From: Syntrophorhabdaceae bacterium
GTDB lineage: Bacteria > Desulfobacterota > Syntrophorhabdia > Syntrophorhabdales > Syntrophorhabdaceae
DNA length: 64,000 nucleotides
Reading direction: 5' to 3'
Assembly (NCBI GenBank): GCA_963666485.2
Contig: CAXXUO010000001.1
Span: 416,001-480,000, forward strand
Positions within the stretch are counted from its first letter, which is position 1. Every line of letters begins with the position of its first letter. The notes under the pieces are model-generated. The model made no database searches. It was not told where the DNA came from and worked only from the letters and a program-made list of their open reading frames with translations. Shown here piece by piece: positions 49,701 to 57,770 of the stretch. A program made the translations under genes and the position numbers.

Positions 49701-50835
49701 GCTTCTCCAGTCCCAGAAGATGGAGGCGGTGGGAACGCTCGCGGGCGGGGTCGCGCACGACTTCAATAACCTTTTGAGCGCCATCATGGGGTACGCCAGC
49801 CTTCTCCAGATGAAGATGGACAAGCATGACCCTCTTTACTCCTACGCCGCTCACATCCTGACATCGTCGGAAAAGGCGGCGAACCTTACCCAGAGCCTGC
49901 TTGCCTTCAGCCGCAAACAGGTCATAGACCTCAAGCCCATCGCCTTGAACGACACGGTGGAAAAACTGCACAAACTCCTCGAACGCCTTATCCCCGAGGA
50001 TGTCGAGTTCAAGGTCCAGAAGATCGATGAGCGCCTGATCGTCATGGCCGATGTGGGACAACTCGACCAGGTCATCATGAACCTCGTCACCAATGCCCGT
50101 GATGCCATGCCCCGCGGGGGGAAACTGACCATACGGATAGACCGGGCGGCGGCGAACAGCCGCTTCATGACGACAAACAAGAATGTCGATCTCTCCGATC
50201 ATGCACTCATCGAGATATCGGACACCGGCGTCGGCATGGACAAGAAAACGATCGAAAAGATATTCGAGCCATTCTACACGACCAAGGAACTGGGCCGGGG
50301 GACCGGGCTCGGGCTCTCCATCGTTTACGGCATCATCAAACAGCACAACGGGTACATAGATGTCCGGAGCCAGCCCGGAGAAGGAAGTGTTTTTTCGGTC
50401 TATCTGCCGCTCGTCTGGATGGAGCCCGAGGACGACCGCGACATCTCGCAGATCGTCGGCGGGATAGAGACAATATTGATCGCCGAGGACAACAAAGAAC
50501 TATGCCAGCTTTCGACAAGGGTCCTCCGCGATCACGGGTACAGCGTCCTTGCCGCCATGGACGGATCCGCGGCCGTTGACATGTTCCGCCGACATTCCCA
50601 GGAAATAGCCCTCGTGATCCTCGACGTCGTCATGCCAAAAATGAACGGCAAGGAGGCATACGAGGCCATCAAAAAGCTTGACCCCTCCGCGAAGGTCATT
50701 TTCACCAGCGGGTATACGGATGACATCATCGTCGAAAGAGGCGTCGAGAACGAGCAGTACGACTTCCTGAACAAGCCCCTCACCCCGGCTACGCTGCTTA
50801 GGAAGATACGGGAAGTGCTGGATAGAAGAACGTAA
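46726..50835 (+). CDS. Cytoplasmic hybrid sensor histidine kinase (about 7 PAS/PAC + HisKA + HATPase + REC)
   Basis: Seven PAC-type ends (DIT.RK), GGVAHDFNN, FEPFYTTK..GTGLGL, and an AEDN..LDVVMP receiver. Confidence 0.93.
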   Translation: MKDPISSLQKDAEGLARHILSRHDFAGPEADGAVPVAADLIRALADSIKMMQPATFLNAVALKRDERASFVDGFVSMLEEAVMEWDMISRQTRFLWSVFHEARSQSVVPGENHDEGQLLPGSEQFLADIADRIPGIIFQFYAKNDGTMGISYLSGRSFEIFGDDPAPSERLDFFLSHAAPSCRQDLLESIQNAVANETDWEFEGEYIKDSGESVFFSGRSTPVRTGDTLLFTGVLLDITARRIAETKLVESERKFSVIADLMPQVIFEVDEKVNVVFINKRAFELFGYEESDFPEGFNCFEHIAPEDHARAMENIEKLARDDESFGNEYTGIRKDDTRFPIMIYASRVMQDGRLKGYRGIVVDITRRKQAEEAVKEGEERLRQIIDLVPHFIFAKDADGRFILANKAVAGAYGVEVDDLIGQLDPRSFSSDHQRSALQDDLEVIHKGTCKYIPEEIITDAQGNIRHLQTIKIPFTFSGTQAPSLLGVSVDITERNTALEASRKSEERFRKYFEVPLIGVTILDPSGKWLEVNDKFCEMAGYSRDELLSMKWQDITPPEDLSREMEKYLIFLEDSSASVATREKRYLRRDGTLIDVIIATHCVRKDDGTPDYLLCVIQDISLRKAAERKMARSEQELLTILSASPIGIGRVRDRVVEWVNESLCAISGYSLEEFTGRDTSYLYSTLAEYERVGEQIYREGQAETQWVTKDGRIVDVLLQVSPADKGAYICTVTDMTRLKRAEDSLRFTQFSVDSALDNIYWMDGGGRFAYVNDSACRSTGYSREELLSMSIHDLDPNYPAEMWPQMWEKIIRTGSRQFESMHRRKDGSLFPVEINVSYLSYDEFQYACAFTRDITERKRAEEALRESEERWQFALEGSGDGLWDWDVPGKKVYLSKQYKEMIGFADDEFPDSLGEWESRLHPDDKADVYAKLNSHLEGKSPVYISQYRLRSKDGSYKWILDRGKVITRTEDGKPLRVIGIHTDITERKHLESQLLQSQKMEAVGTLAGGVAHDFNNLLSAIMGYASLLQMKMDKHDPLYSYAAHILTSSEKAANLTQSLLAFSRKQVIDLKPIALNDTVEKLHKLLERLIPEDVEFKVQKIDERLIVMADVGQLDQVIMNLVTNARDAMPRGGKLTIRIDRAAANSRFMTTNKNVDLSDHALIEISDTGVGMDKKTIEKIFEPFYTTKELGRGTGLGLSIVYGIIKQHNGYIDVRSQPGEGSVFSVYLPLVWMEPEDDRDISQIVGGIETILIAEDNKELCQLSTRVLRDHGYSVLAAMDGSAAVDMFRRHSQEIALVILDVVMPKMNGKEAYEAIKKLDPSAKVIFTSGYTDDIIVERGVENEQYDFLNKPLTPATLLRKIREVLDRRT

Positions 50836-50842
50836 GGGGGTT

Positions 50843-50873
50843 AACGGCTAACGGCTAACGGCTAACGGCTAAA
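50843..50873. repeat. Heptamer array (AACGGCT)x4
   Basis: aacggctaacggctaacggctaacggctaa. Confidence 0.85.
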
Positions 50874-50887
50874 AGATTTTTTACAGG

Positions 50888-51146
50888 TGTAAACGTTCCG
50901 ACCTTGCAGGACAATCCCTTCCGTATAATCCCTAACCTCCATCTTCCGTCTTCCCGGCCCCCGAGCCGGGACCCAAGGTTTTTCTTTTTGGTTTTTCAAA
51001 AACATAAATACTAAAAAAACAGAACCTTGGGTCCCGGGTCAAGCCCGGGAAGACGATAAAAATACGTTAAGTACAAAGCCGGCCTGCCAGAATGTGACGC
51101 TGGTTACTTCATTTAATTTTTGTCCTGGAAGATCGGAACCTTTACA
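50888..51146. mobile_element. Putative MITE (259 bp) with a nested REP pair
   Basis: 27-bp terminal inverted repeats with 3 mismatches (TGT..ACA ends), flanked by ACAGG direct repeats at 50883-50887 and 51147-51151. Confidence 0.7.
50947..51055. repeat. Inverted pair of CGTC-type REP palindromes
   Basis: cgtcttcccggcccccgagccgggacccaaggtt ... aaccttgggtcccgggtcaagcccgggaagacg, around an AT-rich spacer. Confidence 0.8.
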
Positions 51147-51227
51147 ACAGGAAAAATACCACATATCGGGAAGTATTTAGCGCGGGGGACATCTTTTTTA
51201 AATTTTTTTGACAGGTGAGGAGAAGCC

Positions 51228-51875
51228 TTACGCCTTACTATTCTTCAATTTGTGTTTCAGAAACTCGATAACCCCCGGCATTATTGACAATATGATTATT
51301 GCAAAGATGACGAGCGTGAAGTTGCGCTTGACCATGGGGATGTTGCCGAAAAAGTAACCGGCATAGGCGAAGGCGCCGATCCACAGGATGCCTCCGATGA
51401 CGTTATAGCTGATGAACTTTCCGTAGGTCATGCTCCCTATCCCGGCGACGAAGGGGGCGAAAGTCCTGATGATGGGGACAAAACGGGCGATGATGATCGT
51501 CTTCCCGCCGTATTTTTCGTAAAACTCATGCGTCCTGTCGAGGTATTTCCTGTTCAGGAACCGGACGTTCTCGTTGTGGAACACCTTCGGTCCGACTATT
51601 TTCCCTATCCAGTAATTGACCGTATCACCCAGTACCGCTGCGACAGACAGCAGGACAAAAAGCCAGAACACGTTGAAATCGCCGCGGGCCGCAAAGGTCC
51701 CGGCCGCGAAAAGAAGGGAATCCCCGGGCAGTAAAGGTGCGACGACGAGACCCGTCTCGCAGAAAATGATCAGGAAAAGTATCAGGTACGTCCAGACCCC
51801 GTAACTGCGTATCAGTTCGCTTAAATGAAGGTCTATATGAATGATGAAATCGATAACCAGCTTGATAAAGTCCAC
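51228..51875 (-). CDS. dedA: DedA family membrane protein
   Basis: IFCETGLVVAPLLPGDSLLF, LGDTVNY and ARFVPIIRTFAPFVAG. Confidence 0.93.
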   Translation of the reverse strand: MDFIKLVIDFIIHIDLHLSELIRSYGVWTYLILFLIIFCETGLVVAPLLPGDSLLFAAGTFAARGDFNVFWLFVLLSVAAVLGDTVNYWIGKIVGPKVFHNENVRFLNRKYLDRTHEFYEKYGGKTIIIARFVPIIRTFAPFVAGIGSMTYGKFISYNVIGGILWIGAFAYAGYFFGNIPMVKRNFTLVIFAIIILSIMPGVIEFLKHKLKNSKA

Positions 51876-52048
51876 CGCCTAACCTCTCCTTTTCGCCTTG
51901 CACGTTCCGCTGAAAAATTCCCTGTATACTACACTTTGATGCTTACCCAAGTCAATGAAATGGTTGGCCGTTATTTTTTTGCCCTTCACCTTGTAGTTGC
52001 CACTGCTCTGCCTTATACTATCAACACCTTGAAGCAAAAGGACGTCAG

Positions 52049-54235
52049 ATGCCCGAAAAAATAGAGCTTCCGATCACCGGCATGAACTGTGCCGCCTGTG
52101 CCGCCCGTATCGAGAGAGAGCTCAATAAAATGGAGGATGTGAAAGAGGCGCGGGTCAATTTTCCCCTCAAAAAAGCGGTCATCATGCCGAAACATGACCT
52201 CGAGTTGAAAGAGGTCATTACCCGCATCCGCGACATTGGGTACGACGTCGATATAGAAGGCGATATCACGGTCCGCGCTAAAAAGGAAGAAGCCGAACTT
52301 CGGAAGGATTTTACCTGGTCAATTCTTTTAAGCATCCCCATCATGGTCTTTTCCATGTGGATGGTGCTTCCCTACAATAACTATATACTCCTCGTGCTTA
52401 CCCTGCCCGTGCAATTCTATTTCGGCCTGAGATTCCACAGATCGGCCCTTGCAAACCTCAGGCATTTCACCGCGGACATGAACACGCTCATCTCGGTGGG
52501 AACGTCGGCCGCCTTCTTTTACAGCGCTTTCGTGACATTCTTCCCGCACGTCGTCATGGCAGCGGGCGTATCGATGATGACATATTTTGATTCAAGCGCC
52601 ACCATCATCTCGCTCATACTTCTTGGCAGGTATTTTGAATCGAAGGCCAAGACCAGGACATACACGGCCATAAAGCTGCTCTACGAGCTCGCGCCGAAGG
52701 AGTGCATCGTCCTGAAAGACGGGACCGAGACACGCGTACCGACGGATTCCCTCGAGGTCGGGGACATGGTGCTCATCCGGCCGGGTGAAAAAGTCCCGAT
52801 AGACGGCACGGTCGTGGAGGGGAACACGTATGTCGACGAATCAATGATCACGGGAGAGAGCATGCCGGTCCACAAGGCGCCGAAAAGCGAGGTGATCGGC
52901 GGGACCATTAACGGAAAAGGCTCGGTCACGATCAGGACGACGCGTATCGGTGCCGACACGGTCCTCGCGAAGGTGATCCGGCTTGTCGAGGAGGCCCAGT
53001 TCACGAAAGCGCCCGTCCAGCGGCTCGCTGACAGGGTGGCGGGCGTGTTTGTCCCCATAGTCATCGGGATCGGCATCTGCGCCTTTATCGTATGGTTTTT
53101 CTTTGGACCCGAACCAAAGGTCACGAATGCCGTCCTTTCCTTTGTAAGCGTCCTTATCATAGCGTGCCCCTGTGCTCTCGGCCTCGCCACGCCAACGGCC
53201 ATCATGGTCGCAACCGGAGTGGGTGCGAGGCGGGGGATCCTCATTAAGAGCGCCGAGGCCCTCGAGCTGACCAACAGGACCCGCCATGTCCTTTTTGACA
53301 AGACCGGGACCCTTACCGAAGGAACGATCGTCCTGGCGGATATCATCCCCTTCGACCATTGTACGGATGAAGAGGTCCTCCGGATAGCGTACAACCTCGA
53401 GCGGCCTTCCGAGCACCCCTTTTCCGAAGCACTGAGAAAAAAGACGCAGGAGATGAACATCCCGTCGGCCGGCGTCGACAACTTTGAGGCGATTGCGGGA
53501 AAAGGGATCAGGGCAACGGTAGACGGGACAGTTTACCGGATGGGGAACAGGACCTTCTACGAAGATGAAGGAGGCGCCCTCGACGAAAAAGTACTGCACG
53601 TTTATGAAGAAAAAGAGAACTCGGCCGCTTCGCCGGTTATCCTGTGGGACGACTCGGGCATAATAGCCCTTCTGACCTTCAGCGATACCGTGCGCGAAGA
53701 ATCGGCCGGCGTTGTGACCGAACTCAAGAAAATGGGCATCGACCCGGTGATGATAACAGGCGACAGCCAGAACGGGGCGCGATCGATAAGCTCGCGGGTC
53801 GGGATCGACACGTATTTCTCCCGGGTCCTTCCGGACGGGAAGGCATCGATCGTGGAGGATTTCAAAAAGAGGGGCGTCACCATCATGGTCGGGGACGGCA
53901 TCAATGACGCGCCGTCGCTTGCGGCCGCCGACATCGGCGTCGCCATGGGCAAGGGCACGGACATAGCCATAGAATCGGCGGACGTGGTCCTGATGAAAGG
54001 TCAGCTGTCGCGGCTCGTCAGCCTCATAAAGCTCTCAAAAAAGACGATCAGGATCATACGGCAAAACCTGTTCTGGGCGTTTATCTATAACGTTCTCGGA
54101 ATACCCATCGCGTTCGGCGCACTGTATCCTTTCTTCGGTATAAGGCTCGAGCCGATATTCGGCGCGGCCGCTATGGTCGTGAGCTCCATCTCCGTGGTGA
54201 GCAATTCATTAAGGCTCAGGCTGTTCAAAGACTGA
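52049..54235 (+). CDS. copA: Copper-translocating P1B-type ATPase
   Basis: GMNCAAC metal-binding domain, TGES, CPCALGLATP, DKTGT, SEHP, GDGINDAP, YN and MxxSS. Confidence 0.93.
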   Translation: MPEKIELPITGMNCAACAARIERELNKMEDVKEARVNFPLKKAVIMPKHDLELKEVITRIRDIGYDVDIEGDITVRAKKEEAELRKDFTWSILLSIPIMVFSMWMVLPYNNYILLVLTLPVQFYFGLRFHRSALANLRHFTADMNTLISVGTSAAFFYSAFVTFFPHVVMAAGVSMMTYFDSSATIISLILLGRYFESKAKTRTYTAIKLLYELAPKECIVLKDGTETRVPTDSLEVGDMVLIRPGEKVPIDGTVVEGNTYVDESMITGESMPVHKAPKSEVIGGTINGKGSVTIRTTRIGADTVLAKVIRLVEEAQFTKAPVQRLADRVAGVFVPIVIGIGICAFIVWFFFGPEPKVTNAVLSFVSVLIIACPCALGLATPTAIMVATGVGARRGILIKSAEALELTNRTRHVLFDKTGTLTEGTIVLADIIPFDHCTDEEVLRIAYNLERPSEHPFSEALRKKTQEMNIPSAGVDNFEAIAGKGIRATVDGTVYRMGNRTFYEDEGGALDEKVLHVYEEKENSAASPVILWDDSGIIALLTFSDTVREESAGVVTELKKMGIDPVMITGDSQNGARSISSRVGIDTYFSRVLPDGKASIVEDFKKRGVTIMVGDGINDAPSLAAADIGVAMGKGTDIAIESADVVLMKGQLSRLVSLIKLSKKTIRIIRQNLFWAFIYNVLGIPIAFGALYPFFGIRLEPIFGAAAMVVSSISVVSNSLRLRLFKD

Positions 54236-54243
54236 CCCGCCGG

Positions 54244-55107
54244 TTATTTCTGCTGCTCGTCGAAATATTTCCCGTTTACCTCCCATCCGATGACAGCAAA
54301 ATCGGCATGTGAGGTTGCAAGCGGATCCGACTTCCAGGAAAAACCGAGTGACGGCACGCTTACCTTTGCTTCCGCCTCGGCCTTTGCCCGGAACCCCTCA
54401 AACCGGAAATGTTTCTGCTTATCCTCGATAACGAGCGCCTCCGGCATCGCTGTCCATACAACCTTCAGGCTCATCACCGCGGGCACATACCGGGCTGTGA
54501 GTTCCGGCCATTTCGGCTGGTCGATGACCGGTGTAACGATCTCAAGGGTCGCCTGTTTCGCGTCGGGCGAGACGGTGAGGCTGCCCTTTGGCACGGGGGC
54601 AACCCAGTACAGCCCCGAAGGCGCGATAGCAGGATGAAAATCGTGGATCTTTTTCCCCCCGGCGACCGCCGGGCCCTCAAAGAGGGTGAGTCATATATGG
54701 GAAAATGTTCCCGCGTGCTCCTGCCGGCCCGCGAAATATTTCCCCTCCATGAAGGAAAAATCGGTGCTGGGGGCCCCGAACGCTATGCGGTTGCCACGAT
54801 CATCAGTTCCCATTCCGGTAAAGGCGTTGCTTCGCGCCACGTGCCCTTTGAAATGGTATATGCTCGACGGTTCCATGCCCGGTCCCGGCGATTGGTTCTG
54901 GCTCCCATTCTTGTCAAGCCAGGGTATCGGGAAAGGATCGCTGCCCCCGTTTGAGGGTTCGCTCCACTCTTCGGCGGTCTGACCAATCCCGTGGTTCGCA
55001 AAAAGAAGGGACGCCCCGGCGATAAGGAGCACGCCCGATCCCATCATTTCGCGCCTCGTCAGACCGTTGATCCCGCCAGGTCTCTTTTTACCGGAATACT
55101 CCATCAT
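54244..55107 (-). CDS. Tat-signal protein with an in-frame UGA: candidate selenoprotein (about 287 aa)
   Basis: Track ORFs 54691-55107 and 54244-54594 are in one frame, separated only by TGA 54693-54691 (HAGTFSHI-U-LTLFEGPAVAGGKKIHDFHP). LTRREMM Tat motif. The AAGGAGG RBS favours ATG 55104. Confidence 0.75.
54658..54690 (-). promoter_or_regulatory. Putative SECIS element of the Tat-signal protein
   Basis: UGA-CUCA-CCCUC(UUU)GAGGG-CCCGGC(GGUC)GCCGGG; the GGUC loop starts 23 nt after UGA. Confidence 0.7.
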
Positions 55108-55238
55108 GGGCCTCCTTCGATCTTTGGTAACATTATCAAAATACTAATCATTTTCCTGCTGCGGGCAAGCATTCCGCCTCGTCCGGCCTTGCAGGGCTTT
55201 CCTTCCGGTACCCGAGACTGTGTCCCAATAAGCCATTA

Positions 55239-55394
55239 CGTCATTCCGCCGGCTTTTGCGGCGGAATCCAGCGTCTTTATCTTCTTTATCCAACTCCATG
55301 GGGAGAAGCATAGTTGTGGCTGTTATCCTATCTTACTGATATTATGGGAGAACAAAACACCAAAGACACTGGATCCCGGCAAGCCGGGATGACG
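55239..55394. repeat. Inverted pair of CGTC-type REP palindromes
   Basis: cgtcattccgccggcttttgcggcggaatccagcgtctt ... aagacactggatcccggcaagccgggatgacg. Confidence 0.75.
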
Positions 55395-55543
55395 GGATGT
55401 AGTTTATATCCATAATTTCCGCACTTCCCTGTGGGAATAAAGACTCTGACACCCGTGGTTTGCCTGGAAATCTATGTACGTTGTAGAATATAGAGGATAT
55501 GTTACAATTCTCGGATAGACCTATTATCAAGGAAGGGGGAGTC

Positions 55544-55981
55544 ATGAAGATACCGGAGTATATTACAAAAGTCGAGGTCACAAGATTCTGCAAGGAGCTG
55601 AAGATCAGGGATTGGGCGAAACTGAAAACCGCGAAGGTATTGCCAAAAGAAGCGAAGGCCATCCTTGCCGCGGTGAACGAGTCAAAGATGAACATCGATC
55701 CGGAAGAATTCCTCAAAGGTCTCGAGGTGGAACTCGAGCACGGCGTCAGGTTCAAGGATGCCAATATCACCAATAACCACCCTCTGGTCACCGGCAAGAT
55801 CGTCATCGCCCATCTCAAGGAGTCCCTGGACTATTACAAGCTTCTCGAAGTAGCGGAGCTTGAGGGCGACCTGCATAAGGCCGTGGTAGCAGGGGATATG
55901 AAAAAGATAAAAAAGGAATACAAGAAATTGGCGCTGGCGAAGATAATTCTGGCGAAAACGGTGGCGGCGCAGGTGAAATGA
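55544..55981 (+). CDS. DUF5661-like protein
   Basis: GLEVELEHG..NIT..TGKIVIAHLKE..DYY motif; GGGGGAG RBS. Confidence 0.75.
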   Translation: MKIPEYITKVEVTRFCKELKIRDWAKLKTAKVLPKEAKAILAAVNESKMNIDPEEFLKGLEVELEHGVRFKDANITNNHPLVTGKIVIAHLKESLDYYKLLEVAELEGDLHKAVVAGDMKKIKKEYKKLALAKIILAKTVAAQVK

Positions 55982-55984
55982 AAG

Positions 55985-56083
55985 CGGTTCTGCGTTCTGC
56001 GTTCTGCGTTCTAGGCTCTGCGTTAGAAAATAAACCTACAATTAGGCATAAAACGTAGAACGCGGAACGTAGAACGCGGAACG
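55985..56083. repeat. Inverted heptamer-repeat pair (GTTCTGC / AGAACGC-type) between convergent genes
   Basis: gttctgcgttctgcgttctgcgttctaggctctgcgtt ... aacgtagaacgcggaacgtagaacgcggaacgc. Confidence 0.85.
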
Positions 56084-56091
56084 CTTCGCGA

Positions 56092-56781
56092 TTATCGCAG
56101 CATCTCTTTTAACACGTTAAGAGCTTCGTTGCTCGTCGGGTCGAGGGACAGGGCTTTTTGCGCATTTTCTATCGCCTCGGCTATCGCGCCGCTTTTTATG
56201 AGGACCCGGGCGAGGCCGATGTATGCCTTTGCATTGTCCGGGTTTTCCTTGATCGCATCACGAAAGACCCCCACCGCGTCCCGGACATCCCCTTTGCGCG
56301 CGAGGCCCGTCGCGACCGCGACGAGAACGTTTGACATATCGTCCTTCACCTTCTTGCCCTTCGGGCTCGAGGACATGATCTCCCGGACGTATGTCAGCGA
56401 ACTCTCGAAATTCCCCTTTCCGAGTTCATCAAAGGCTGCTCCCATGAGGGCATCGAGAAGTATGTCGAACGCCTGCGACTTGAAATCATCCGGCGACAAA
56501 CGGTAGGCCTGGCGCAAGGCAGGCAGCGCCTTTCCATAGTTCTTCATAGTGAGATACGTCCTGCCGAGGTACAACTGGGCCTCATAATAATCGGGCTCCC
56601 TCTCCGCAGCCCTCTGAAAAAAAGGCAGGGCACTGTCAAATTTCCCCTGGTTGAAAAGGTTGAGCCCGGCATTAAAATCCGCCCTGGCCTCCGGGCTTGT
56701 CCCAACTCCGGCACAGGAAACGAGAAAGATGGCTGCAACAGCCAGTATTAAAAAGCCTGATAAAAAACCTTTAAAATTCAT
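56092..56781 (-). CDS. Tetratricopeptide-repeat lipoprotein
   Basis: Lipobox LVSC and TPR helices (AQLYLGRTY, AYIGLARV, ALSLDP). Confidence 0.85.
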   Translation of the reverse strand: MNFKGFLSGFLILAVAAIFLVSCAGVGTSPEARADFNAGLNLFNQGKFDSALPFFQRAAEREPDYYEAQLYLGRTYLTMKNYGKALPALRQAYRLSPDDFKSQAFDILLDALMGAAFDELGKGNFESSLTYVREIMSSSPKGKKVKDDMSNVLVAVATGLARKGDVRDAVGVFRDAIKENPDNAKAYIGLARVLIKSGAIAEAIENAQKALSLDPTSNEALNVLKEMLR

Positions 56782-56827
56782 GAAACATGCTCCTGCACAA
56801 TGTCCTCGTCATCCCTTCGCTCTCGCC

Positions 56828-56943
56828 GTCATCCCGGGCTTGACCCGGGACCCAAGGTGTTGCCTTTGTTTTGATACTTATAAAACCATCAAAAAAATAC
56901 AAAAAAACAAAACCTTGGGTCCCGGGTCAAGCCCGGGATGACG
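56828..56943. repeat. Inverted pair of CGTC-type REP palindromes
   Basis: cgtcatcccgggcttgacccgggacccaagg ... ccttgggtcccgggtcaagcccgggatgacg; nearly identical to the 50947-51055 pair. Confidence 0.85.
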
Positions 56944-57043
56944 AAATTTGGGGCCTGAATGACGGTAGCTGGGGCCAGGATAACTTATAGCTGGGCCCGG
57001 GATGATGGATAAAAGCCCACCCATCGCTGATTGCCTTTATCCG

Positions 57044-57157
57044 TTCGCCCATTGCCTTTCGCCTTTTCCCTTTTCTCTTTCGCCTTTTGCCTTTTGCCTT
57101 TTGCCTTTTGCCTTTTGCCTTTCGCCGTTAGCCGTACGCCGTTAGCCGTACGCCGTT
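57044..57157. repeat. Long compound heptamer array: (GCCTTTT)n, then alternating GCCGTTA / GCCGTAC
   Basis: About 16 consecutive 7-mers immediately after the ydbL-like stop. Confidence 0.9.
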
Positions 57158-57160
57158 CCC

Positions 57161-57748
57161 CTACTTCTTCTGCCATCCCCCCTGATCGTTCTGTATCCAC
57201 CAACCGGACTGTGACTTGTCACGCCAGCTGTTTGCGAATATCTTCTGGATCTTCGGCAGGGAGTCGGCGCCGAGTTTGTTCGCGCGCATGATCTCATTGT
57301 AGAGGGCGGTGCGGTTATTGTTCTCCGCGCCCATGACGCGGTTCAGGTCGGCCTTTTCCTTCAGGTTGAGGCTGCCCGTATCCCGCTGTTCCAGCATCCC
57401 CATATTGTTCTCGCCTATAGCGCCTTTGTCGTAGAAATTCTTCAGCTGCGGATAATTGTCTTTCATCGCTTGCTTGAGACTGCGTATGGCGGGTGTGGAA
57501 ACATCGATATTGATCTGGGCATGCGCCTCAGTTGGCCCGATCAGGCCTTTCAGCGAATCGAAAAGCCGGCTCTGCTTGTCGCTCTTTTTCTCTTCGGGCT
57601 GTTTCTGGTCCTTTGTCCCGCGCACATCGTCGACTATCTCGTCCGCCGCCTTCTGAATGGCTGCAGCCGGGAAATATATATTGACCGTGACACACGCCGC
57701 GAACAGTATCATGAAACTCAATGCCAGGTGACGTAATTTTCTGATCAT
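57161..57748 (-). CDS. YdbL/DUF1318-family lipoprotein with a YnbE-like N-terminus
   Basis: AAC lipobox + VTVNIYFPAA, GAIGENNMG, AENNNRTALY and GWWIQ..G.W. Confidence 0.8.
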   Translation of the reverse strand: MIRKLRHLALSFMILFAACVTVNIYFPAAAIQKAADEIVDDVRGTKDQKQPEEKKSDKQSRLFDSLKGLIGPTEAHAQINIDVSTPAIRSLKQAMKDNYPQLKNFYDKGAIGENNMGMLEQRDTGSLNLKEKADLNRVMGAENNNRTALYNEIMRANKLGADSLPKIQKIFANSWRDKSQSGWWIQNDQGGWQKK

Positions 57749-57770
57749 TGGATCCTCCTTTGTAAATCCC

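Noticed and set aside
56985..57291. Low-complexity ORFs (KGKRQKA / FAFCLLP repeats)
   Set aside because: They are products of the (GCCTTTT)n heptamer array.
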